From the IMG/VR virus record IMGVR_UViG_3300030495_000024: DNA of 21,802 nt; one strand, 5' to 3'. Below the pieces are notes generated by a model. That model worked only from the letters and a program-made list of their open reading frames with translations, was not told where the DNA came from and searched no databases. Positions 9,171 through 15,535 of this stretch are shown in pieces (positions within the stretch are counted from its first letter, which is position 1; every line of letters starts with the position of its first letter). The stretch is from an uncultured virus (IMG/VR IMGVR_UViG_3300030495_000024) (Duplodnaviria; Heunggongvirae; Uroviricota; Caudoviricetes). The position numbers were made by a program, and so were the translations under genes.

Positions 9171-9219
9171 CTTCTGGGGCCTGAACTGCGAGGGGTGCGC
9201 AGTAACCCTCAGATGGGCG

Positions 9220-9462
9220 TCAGTCGACGAGGGTGCAAGTGCCGGGGCGGGCGCTGCGGTTGAGGGGCTTCAGGCCGCCCTCGCGATGCTCGACGGTGTC
9301 GATGAAGACGCTGTAGCCGCGCGTTCCGGGCGTGCCGGCCTGGCGAACGCCCGTGATCTCGGCGGTGACGTCGGCGGCACCCCGGCCGGGAGAGAAGCGC
9401 ACCTTCTTGCCCACCGGGAACTCCTTCTCGAAGTCGGCGAGGGTCTTCTTGGGATTGGCCAT
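9220..9462 (-). CDS. Hypothetical protein (80 aa), stand-alone transcription unit
   Basis: AGGAG RBS, its own terminator, and a family A palindrome 60 bp upstream. Confidence 0.8.
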   Translation of the reverse strand: MANPKKTLADFEKEFPVGKKVRFSPGRGAADVTAEITGVRQAGTPGTRGYSVFIDTVEHREGGLKPLNRSARPGTCTLVD

Positions 9463-9521
9463 GATCGTGTCTCCTGGGCTCTCATGACGTTCGATGACGT
9501 CTCAATTGGCTCCGTGAAGAT

Positions 9522-9536
9522 GGTACGATATGTACC
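9522..9536. promoter_or_regulatory. Palindrome family A site
   Basis: (T)GGTACGATATGTACC(A) between the divergent 80-aa gene and parA. Confidence 0.75.
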
Positions 9537-9625
9537 AAGCGCAAGAGGCTCCATGTCGAAAATTTCGAGGAAAATCCCCTTGATCTTCACTTGGAAATCG
9601 AGTGAAGCTGGGCGCGGTCTCATGT

Positions 9626-9643
9626 GCTTTCCACGTGGAAAGC
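9626..9643. promoter_or_regulatory. Perfect 18-bp palindrome upstream of parA, candidate par operator/centromere
   Basis: GCTTTCCACGTGGAAAGC, 18 nt before the parA ATG; related sequences at 9581-9611 and 9042-9071. Confidence 0.65.
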
Positions 9644-9661
9644 CGGTGGAAAGGACTTGAG

Positions 9662-10312
9662 ATGATCGTGCTCGTGGGAAACACGAAGGGTGGGGTCGGG
9701 AAGACCACGCTTGCTGTCCAGATGGCCATCGCTCGGGCTCGTGCGGGTCGACGCGTCTGGCTGGTCGACGGCGACAGCCAGGCGACGGCGCAGGCCGCGA
9801 TCCAGATCCGCGCAGAGGCCGGGCTTGAGCCCGAGATCGTGTGCTCGCTCTACCCGGACGGGAAGATCCTCCGACAACAGGTCCGCCTTCAGAAGGACAA
9901 CTACGACGACGTCATTCTGGATGTGGGTGGCCGGGACACACTGGCGCTCCGCGCAGGGCTGTCGCTGGCCGACGTGGCGCTCGTGCCGTTCGCACCGGAG
10001 AGCTTCGATCTCTGGGCGATGCAGAACATGGCCGACGTCGTGGACGAGATCGGCGCAGAACGCGACGGCCTGGTCACCTACGCGGTCCTGAACAAGGCCG
10101 AGGCCCGGTCGGCCAGCGTCGACAACGCGGATGCTGCAGAGGCCGTGCAGGAGATCCCGACCTTCACCTACCTCGACCTGCCTCTGGTGAAGCGGAAGGC
10201 CTTCTCGTCGTCCTCGGGCGCCGGCATGGGCGTCGCCGAGCAATCGCCGGTCGACCCGAAGGCGATCGCCGAGCTGGATCGTCTCGTCGCCCGCGTCTTC
10301 GAGGAGGCTTGA
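9662..10312 (+). CDS. parA: ParA-family partition ATPase, short type Ib (216 aa)
   Basis: Deviant Walker A KGGVGKTT at the very N-terminus (no HTH extension), LVDGDSQ, Walker B VILDVGG, ADVALVP, VLNK. Confidence 0.93.
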   Translation: MIVLVGNTKGGVGKTTLAVQMAIARARAGRRVWLVDGDSQATAQAAIQIRAEAGLEPEIVCSLYPDGKILRQQVRLQKDNYDDVILDVGGRDTLALRAGLSLADVALVPFAPESFDLWAMQNMADVVDEIGAERDGLVTYAVLNKAEARSASVDNADAAEAVQEIPTFTYLDLPLVKRKAFSSSSGAGMGVAEQSPVDPKAIAELDRLVARVFEEA

Positions 10313-10313
10313 G

Positions 10314-10574
10314 ATGGCCATCACGCGCAAGCCCAAGCGGGAGATGTCGGACGAGGCCTTCGAGCGGATCGCGGGTGGTGCGATCGACGGCACCACGAAG
10401 AAGCGCGAGCGCGGCAAGGGCTACGCGATGGGCCACAAGCGACAGATCACGCACATGATCACGCCGGTACTGCTTGATCAGGTCGATGCCGAGGCCGAGC
10501 GGTGCGGGGAAGCGAGGGCGACCGTCATCAATCGCTTCATCCGCGAGGGTCTCGAGCGGAAGAAGGTCACTTGA
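10314..10574 (+). CDS. Probable ribbon-helix-helix partner of ParA (ParG/CopG-like, 86 aa)
   Basis: Starts 1 nt after parA, GAGGAGG RBS; flexible N-terminus and RQITHMITPVLLDQVDAEAERCGEARATVINRFIREGL strand-helix-helix C-terminus. Confidence 0.8.
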   Translation: MAITRKPKREMSDEAFERIAGGAIDGTTKKRERGKGYAMGHKRQITHMITPVLLDQVDAEAERCGEARATVINRFIREGLERKKVT

Positions 10575-10938
10575 GGTTGGCCAGCTCCGGGAACGGGCCG
10601 TAGACGACATTGTCGACCCAGCAGGTCTTGGTCGATACAGCGTGGCGCCAGTCCCCGTAGACGAGCCCGGTGGGCGTGCGGACGAAGACCAGCGTGTCGA
10701 TGCCGCCGTAGGCCCCGTAGCCGTTCTTGGCGTTGTAGCGCACGCAGATGCCGGCGGGGATCGTCCGGCCGGCGTCGCCTGTCAGCGGGCGCACCTCGCT
10801 GATGCCGGTGGACCGGATCGAGTAGGGGTCCCGCAGCGTCTGCGTCATGTAGTCGACGATCCAGGCCCTCTCGGCCTTCGTCACCGGCTCGGCCGCGACG
10901 GTCGTGGTGAGGGCGAGGAGGACGATCAGGCTGCGCAT
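10567..10938 (-). CDS. Exported/periplasmic protein (123 aa)
   Basis: Signal peptide MRSLIVLLALTTTVAA/EP; LRDPYS and CVRYNAKNGYGAYGG motifs; converges on the RHH gene with an 8-nt overlap. Confidence 0.8.
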   Translation of the reverse strand: MRSLIVLLALTTTVAAEPVTKAERAWIVDYMTQTLRDPYSIRSTGISEVRPLTGDAGRTIPAGICVRYNAKNGYGAYGGIDTLVFVRTPTGLVYGDWRHAVSTKTCWVDNVVYGPFPELANLK

Positions 10939-11217
10939 GTCGATCACATAGCAGGGCAGGGGACTTCTTGGGAGCCCATCCAGAGGCTTGGTGCGCAGGC
11001 TCGATGCAGGCTCCAGGGGGTGACTTGGTGCGGTTGCGCTCCAAGTCTAGTAGTGCTAGCACTCAAATATTGGAAAGTTTAGAAAACGCGTTGGGCACAT
11101 AGAGATATAGGTGCGGCACACCAATTCACAGAAAAGCACCCACCCATTGCAAGTAACACTTGACAGTGATTACTTTGCAACACCTCAATCTTTGGAAGAT
11201 TATTCTATAAAAACATC

Positions 11218-11246
11218 TTGCACCCTGAGCTTGGACAGGGTAAAAC
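11218..11246 (+). promoter_or_regulatory. Candidate sigma70 promoter for the early gene array
   Basis: TTGCAC-N17-TAAAAC in an AT-rich island, about 90 bp before ATG 11334. Confidence 0.45.
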
Positions 11247-11292
11247 CTGAATGTGCCCTCATATAGAGGGAGCAGGGCCCAGGCCCTAACCG

Positions 11293-11307
11293 CCATATCG
11301 GATATGG
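11293..11307. promoter_or_regulatory. Palindrome family B site (CCATATCGnATATGG)
   Basis: CCATATCGGATATGG, extending to CGCCATATC-G-GATATGGCG, between the candidate promoter and the RBS. Confidence 0.85.
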
Positions 11308-11333
11308 CGCCAACCCGAAGCGGAGAACACAAG

Positions 11334-12059
11334 ATGGCACTCAATAACGCCGCTGTCGCGGACATTGGTTTCGCGTCCCTCGTCGGTGCGGAGAGCATGA
11401 AGCTGCACGCCTATAGTGCATTCACTCTCCTCTTCATCATCAACCCCGGCACGGATACGAAGTTGATCCGGCGCCACCTGTCGGTGCGGGCCGCCGAGAC
11501 TGGCGTCATCGCCAAGAACACATGGGAAAGCTACGTCAAGGGCGTGGAGACGGCGGCCGGCATGTTCCGCACCCATGCGCCCGACGAGGTGGCGACCATA
11601 TCGGATATGGGCGCCGACGAAGCGGTCGACGCCGTGAGGCAGCTTTACGAAGGGCTGAACATTCTGTCCGGCTCCGACATCCGGGCGTGGGCAACGGCCG
11701 GCGAGTTCCTGCCCCTCGATAAGGCGGCGGCCAAGGCGGCCAAGGTCGAGGCTAGCAAGGCCAAGGCGCTGGCCAAGGGCGCCGCCGCGGCAACCCTGTT
11801 CTTCGCCAGCAACGCGGCAGACAGCGCGACCCTGCCCGACGCCGCGGCCCCGGTAAGCGCCCTCTCCGGCATCCTCGCGGCCATCGGCGCCCTCGGCCAT
11901 GCCGATGCGCTGGAAGCCATGGCCGCGCTCAACGCCCACATCGCCGCCCTCGACAAGCTTGTCGCCGATGCCCCGGCGCCAACCACGGCCCCGGTGCTGG
12001 CCGACGACGCCACCGTCGCCGCCCTGTCGGCCCTGGGGCGCGTCAAGCGCGCCGCCTAG
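11334..12059 (+). CDS. Ala-rich hypothetical protein (241 aa), first gene of the early array
   Basis: GGAG RBS; central AAKAAK-type low-complexity helix; followed by a GC hairpin at 12071-12095. Confidence 0.8.
   Translation: MALNNAAVADIGFASLVGAESMKLHAYSAFTLLFIINPGTDTKLIRRHLSVRAAETGVIAKNTWESYVKGVETAAGMFRTHAPDEVATISDMGADEAVDAVRQLYEGLNILSGSDIRAWATAGEFLPLDKAAAKAAKVEASKAKALAKGAAAATLFFASNAADSATLPDAAAPVSALSGILAAIGALGHADALEAMAALNAHIAALDKLVADAPAPTTAPVLADDATVAALSALGRVKRAA
11596..11610. promoter_or_regulatory. Palindrome family B site (intragenic)
   Basis: CCATATCGGATATGG, identical to the 11293 site. Confidence 0.75.
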
Positions 12060-12179
12060 GCCCCAACCCCGCCGGCGGCCTCCGTGGCCGCTGGCGCCCC
12101 CTCTCCGTGCCCGCGTGCCCGCATCTGGCCACCGGCTAGGTGCGCGCTCGTGCGTGCGCGCTCGGCGCTGCGCACCAAG

Positions 12180-12194
12180 CCATATCGAATATGG
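12180..12194. promoter_or_regulatory. Palindrome family B site
   Basis: CCATATCGAATATGG, 37 bp before ATG 12232. Confidence 0.8.
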
Positions 12195-12231
12195 CGATCC
12201 TCTTCTCATCCATGTCCAGGAGCACGGCACC

Positions 12232-12582
12232 ATGGCTCACGCCAATCCCGAGTTCGCGCTTGCGCGCCGCGCTCACCTCGACGGCCCGACCGCGCACCGA
12301 CTTCCTGGCCCCGAGTCGCTCGCCGCGCTGCGCGCACGCATGCGCGAGATCGGCCAGCTGATCGCGATCGACTATCCCGTCGATCCCGAAGAGCGCGAGG
12401 CATATCGGCTATGGCGCGCCACGGTCCGTCAGCAACGCGCCTGCGCCGCCCGTGCCCGTCAGCTCGCAGATGCTCTCGCGGAGCCCGTAGGCGGCATGCA
12501 CGCCGGCACGCGCCGCGGCGAGGTCTTCGTCCCGCCCTCGGTGCGCGGCACCGGCCGCGTCAAGCGATGGGCCGCGTCCTGA
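12232..12582 (+). CDS. Hypothetical protein (116 aa)
   Basis: AGGAG RBS before ATG 12232. Confidence 0.7.
   Translation: MAHANPEFALARRAHLDGPTAHRLPGPESLAALRARMREIGQLIAIDYPVDPEEREAYRLWRATVRQQRACAARARQLADALAEPVGGMHAGTRRGEVFVPPSVRGTGRVKRWAAS
12400..12414. promoter_or_regulatory. Degenerate palindrome family B site (intragenic)
   Basis: GCATATCGGCTATGG, 13/15 match to the 11293 site. Confidence 0.5.
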
Positions 12583-12643
12583 TGGAGGATCGCCCATACG
12601 ACGCAACAGGCCCACCGAGATCTCGAACCGATGAGGGTCCGAT

Positions 12644-12733
12644 ATGAAAATCTTCCTGTTTTTTGACGCCTGCCTCGCGACTTGGTGCGCGCTGATCGAG
12701 TGGATCGCGCCGGGCCTGCCGGGGGTCGGCTGA
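12644..12733 (+). CDS. Possible 29-aa hydrophobic peptide MKIFLFFDACLATWCALIEWIAPGLPGVG
   Basis: GAGGG RBS; ATGA overlap with a 21-codon ORF (12582-12647) that itself overlaps the previous stop (TGATG). Confidence 0.45.
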   Translation: MKIFLFFDACLATWCALIEWIAPGLPGVG

Positions 12734-12787
12734 CGCGCGTATTTCGGCCGGATAGGTGCTGAGCGCACGCGGTCGAGACCCGGTTTT

Positions 12788-12802
12788 GGTGCGGAACGTA
12801 CC
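12788..12802. promoter_or_regulatory. Palindrome family A site
   Basis: GGTGCGGAACGTACC, one arm mismatch. Confidence 0.6.
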
Positions 12803-13015
12803 ACTAGTAATGGCCCGATTTATCACCATATTTCGGTGCGGAGGGCCGCTTTTTCGGCTACGGACCAAATCTAGTGCTAAGTGGGGTGCTTAGCACTAGG
12901 TCGGCTAGTGCTAACTGACTTGGTGGACCTCTATTAAGTCTTTCTTTTCTCTTTTCTTTTTCCCTGAAATGAAATCTAGTGGGAGAAAAAGAGCTATTGA
13001 AAGCATCACGGTCTC

Positions 13016-13056
13016 GAACATTGCTGCAATGTTCAGGTCTACATTGCAGCAATGTA
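13016..13056. promoter_or_regulatory. Two tandem palindrome family C sites
   Basis: GAACATTGCTGCAATGTTC (13016-13034) and TACATTGCAGCAATGTA (13040-13056); centres 23 bp apart. Confidence 0.8.
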
Positions 13057-13184
13057 TATGTCTCCCTAGGGGGTCAGTTGGGACTTTTATACCACTAGGC
13101 CCACACCAAGTTCTTTTCCGGGTCTAGAACCACCCCTCGAGACGAGGCGCGGAAACGACCGCGACACGCGAAAAAAGACCGCGA

Positions 13185-13199
13185 GGTACGATCCGAACC
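13185..13199. promoter_or_regulatory. Palindrome family A site
   Basis: GGTACGATCCGAACC directly abutting ATG 13200. Confidence 0.7.
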
Positions 13200-13718
13200 A
13201 TGCCCTGGACCCCGAAGACCTTCACCGAGCTACCGCCCCGCATCAGGAAGAAAATCCGTATGGAGCCGGAGAGCGTCGACGAACGCCGGGCCTGCTGGGT
13301 CTGGACGGGCTCGTTCGTCGCCCCGCGGGAGCGGCACTTCGTGAGCCGTACCCTGAAGGAGGGCTCGGTGGTGACCCAGAAGCGCGTGCCGAACCTCCAC
13401 AGCACGGACCTCGGCTACCCGACCGCGGCGCACCGAGTGATCTACGGCGAGACGTTCAACATCTCGATCCGTGACGTCCCCAAGCTGAAGCGCTGCGAGA
13501 ACGACCGCTGCGTGAGCCCGTGGCATTGCATGCCGATGGGCCATACCTGGCGGCCGGGATCGCCGGCCGCACGTTGTCTCGCGCTGCTTCGCGCCCACGA
13601 CGTGAGCCCGTCCGTCAGCAAGCCCGACGCGGCGCTCGAGGCCGGGATCCCCGAGCACCAACTCACGGACCAGGTCTGGCAGGCTTACTGCATCGAGTGC
13701 GCAGCCGAGAGCGGCTGA
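13200..13718 (+). CDS. HNH/zinc-binding-loop homing-endonuclease-like protein, active site apparently degenerate (172 aa)
   Basis: CWVWTG, AHRVIY and CENDRCVSPWH follow the phage HNH pattern CWxWxG..AHRxxY..HxCxNxxCVNPxH. Confidence 0.75.
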   Translation: MPWTPKTFTELPPRIRKKIRMEPESVDERRACWVWTGSFVAPRERHFVSRTLKEGSVVTQKRVPNLHSTDLGYPTAAHRVIYGETFNISIRDVPKLKRCENDRCVSPWHCMPMGHTWRPGSPAARCLALLRAHDVSPSVSKPDAALEAGIPEHQLTDQVWQAYCIECAAESG

Positions 13719-13824
13719 GACGCCCGCGGCCGTTCTAGGCCCCTCCCAGGCCCGGGAAACGCCTATCCGCGACCATAGCGTACCACGCACCCGGGATTTC
13801 GGTGGACAACTTCAACGATCATGT

Positions 13825-13839
13825 GGTACGAACCGTACC
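13825..13839. promoter_or_regulatory. Palindrome family A site
   Basis: (T)GGTACGAACCGTACC(A), perfect arms. Confidence 0.8.
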
Positions 13840-13917
13840 AAGATCACGGACCGCTCCACGCTCTCTCCACAGGGTCGAAGTTCACTATTCGACCGACGAG
13901 GCGGAACACGCTACCGT

Positions 13918-13932
13918 GAACAGAACAGGAAC
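13918..13932 (+). promoter_or_regulatory. Candidate alphaproteobacterial LexA (SOS) box
   Basis: GAAC-AGAACAG-GAAC matches GAAC-N7-GAAC; intergenic, 75 bp before ATG 14007. Confidence 0.55.
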
Positions 13933-13978
13933 AGAGCCGTTATCGCCGATGCCGGGAGTGTGTCAGGGTCGGCGGCAG

Positions 13979-13993
13979 ACATATCGGATATGG
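13979..13993. promoter_or_regulatory. Palindrome family B site
   Basis: ACATATCGGATATGG next to the GGAGG RBS of 14007. Confidence 0.8.
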
Positions 13994-14006
13994 TGGAGGG
14001 GTTCAT

Positions 14007-14354
14007 ATGGCCGCGCCTCAGAGTACCGAGGACATCTTCGCCGGGATGCTCGAGACGCTCGCCGAGCCAACGCGGTGGACGAAGCGTGCAGGCGCCCGCG
14101 ACACCGAGGGCCAGCCCGTGCCTTCGTCCTCACACCACGCCGTCTGCTGGTGCCTGTTGGGCGCCCGCCAGCGAGAGCTGAGCAAGATCGAGGACCTCGC
14201 GCTGCTCGAGCGCCTGGACGAAGAGACCGACGAGCTGCTGCACCAAGCCTCAGGCGGCGCCTCACCCTCGGCGATCAACGACGACCCGGCCACGACGCAC
14301 ACCGACATCGTGGCCTTGGTCCAGCGGGCTCACCAAGCCGCGAGGAAGGCTTGA
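14007..14354 (+). CDS. Phage protein resembling DUF6197 (115 aa)
   Basis: WTKRAGARD..G and AVCWCLLGA motifs, INDDPATTHTDIV; GGAGG RBS. Family name from recall. Confidence 0.75.
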   Translation: MAAPQSTEDIFAGMLETLAEPTRWTKRAGARDTEGQPVPSSSHHAVCWCLLGARQRELSKIEDLALLERLDEETDELLHQASGGASPSAINDDPATTHTDIVALVQRAHQAARKA

Positions 14355-15073
14355 CGATGCGTCCCGAAGAGCGGCCACACCTCGTGAACCATGTCTTTCA
14401 GGCGCTGTTCGTCGAGGATGTCAATGCGCCCGTCCAGCTGCTTGATGAGGCCGTCGTTGACGAACGTCTGCAGGATCTCCGTGATCGACGGCCGCCGGAT
14501 CGCCGTGCGGCTCGCCATCATTCGGTGCGTGACCGGCAGCGCGTCCGTCCCCGCGGCCGTGGCGCTGAGCAGCAGGTAGGCCGCGATCCGGCTGGGAACC
14601 GGGAGCTGCACCGAGGCCACCAGCCACTGCCAGCTCTCGGCCGCCTGAAGGTTCGCGTAGGCCTGCACGACGTGTCGGCTGGACTCGTGCTCGTCGAGGA
14701 ACCTGCGCGCCGCCTGGGTGGAGCACCGCAAGGCGGCCCCGCCCATATCGCATATGGCCCCGTAGGGCAGGGTGGCATCACCGAGCAACTGGGACACCCC
14801 GACGAGATCTCCCGATCCGAGCATGTTCAGGGTGACATTGGGCTGGGGCTTCCCGTTCGATTGCACCCCACCCGTGCTCGCGGTGATCGAGACGACGGCT
14901 TCGATCGGAGCGTAGACGAACTGTGTCCGCCGACCAGCCGAGAACAGCTCCTGACCAGCCTTGAGGGACGCACGCTCGAAGAAGTCACCCCACTGGACGG
15001 TCTGCTTCATCAGTAGGTCGACGATAGTGTTCGACTTGCCGCCGACCTTGAGAGTTTCACGTTGCTTGACCAT
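14330..15073 (-). CDS. Crp/Fnr-family transcriptional regulator (247 aa)
   Basis: cNMP-binding beta-roll (LKAGQELF, FVY, MLGSGDLVG), RIAAYLL, and Crp-type HTH LPVTHRMMASRTAIRRPSITEILQTF...GLI...GRIDILDEQRL. Confidence 0.9.
   Translation of the reverse strand: MVKQRETLKVGGKSNTIVDLLMKQTVQWGDFFERASLKAGQELFSAGRRTQFVYAPIEAVVSITASTGGVQSNGKPQPNVTLNMLGSGDLVGVSQLLGDATLPYGAICDMGGAALRCSTQAARRFLDEHESSRHVVQAYANLQAAESWQWLVASVQLPVPSRIAAYLLLSATAAGTDALPVTHRMMASRTAIRRPSITEILQTFVNDGLIKQLDGRIDILDEQRLKDMVHEVWPLFGTHRQAFLAAW
14743..14757. promoter_or_regulatory. Palindrome family B site inside the Crp/Fnr gene
   Basis: CCATATCGCATATGG. Confidence 0.65.
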
Positions 15074-15194
15074 GACACATCATTCCCACAGGTGTTGTTC
15101 CGATCGCGACTGCAACAGCCAGAACTGCGGCAGTATCCGGTGTGACGCGTTCAGGAACGTGGTGGCAGAGACGTGATCATTTAGGTTTTAAGTC

Positions 15195-15362
15195 CTATCG
15201 CACCGGCGAACCGCGATGTTCATTTCGTACCAAGAAGGTCCAACCGACCCCTCGACGAATGTCAAGAACCTCGGCCCTAAGAAAGCGCGCATCGAAGGCA
15301 AACTGGCCCACATATTCGTGTATGGCGGCCTCAACGAGCGCAGCCACCCGACTTCGCGTCAT
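15195..15362 (-). CDS. Possible 55-aa protein upstream of the Crp/Fnr gene
   Basis: MTRSRVAALVEAAIHEYVGQFAFDARFLRAEVLDIRRGVGWTFLVR... looks protein-like; no clear RBS. Confidence 0.3.
   Translation of the reverse strand: MTRSRVAALVEAAIHEYVGQFAFDARFLRAEVLDIRRGVGWTFLVRNEHRGSPVR
15217..15231. promoter_or_regulatory. Degenerate palindrome family A site
   Basis: TGTTCATTTCGTACC; shares 15 identical bases (GTTCATTTCGTACCA) with the 18363 site. Confidence 0.5.
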
Positions 15363-15520
15363 CGGTCCGGTTCGGACCGCGACATTCTGTCCACAGCTTT
15401 TATAGGACAAAATACCTATGACCGCGCAGGAAATCGCCAATCAGCTGCTTGCTGAGCACCAAGCCGCCCGTGAGGAGCGCCGCCGCGAGGCCCGCCCCTT
15501 TCGTCGTGTCCGCAACGCCT

Positions 15521-15535
15521 AGTACGGATCGTACC
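15521..15535. promoter_or_regulatory. Palindrome family A site
   Basis: AGTACGGATCGTACC directly abutting ATG 15536. Confidence 0.75.

Larger units (their letters stand above)
12788..13130. repeat. AT-rich non-coding repeat cluster, candidate replication origin or packaging (cos) region
   Basis: Eight CTAG in about 325 bp, six of them as CTAGTG/CACTAG; 11-bp inverted repeat at 12871-12899; pyrimidine tract 12938-12964; two family C palindromes and one family A site. Confidence 0.7.

Noticed and set aside
9180..9212. Possible pseudoknot downstream of the 80-aa gene (ACTGCG/CGCAGT and GAGGG/CCCTC)
   Set aside because: The two stems share or abut bases, leaving no connecting loop; at most alternative short hairpins.
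9626..9643. Match to chromosomal parS (TGTTTCACGTGAAACA)
   Set aside because: Only the core resembles it, the outer bases differ, and the partner gene is RHH-type rather than ParB. Kept as a generic par site.
11160..11190. TTGACA as a -35 element
   Set aside because: No plausible -10 at 16-18 bp; it lies at the centre of an inverted repeat.
12890..12914. CIRCE (HrcA) element
   Set aside because: TTAGCACT...AGTGCTAA resembles it, but the spacer is 2 bp short, the ninth base differs, a third copy is present and no chaperone gene follows.
13110..13124. Second SOS box, GTTC-N7-GGTC
   Set aside because: A mismatch in a motif of only 8 informative bases; too weak.
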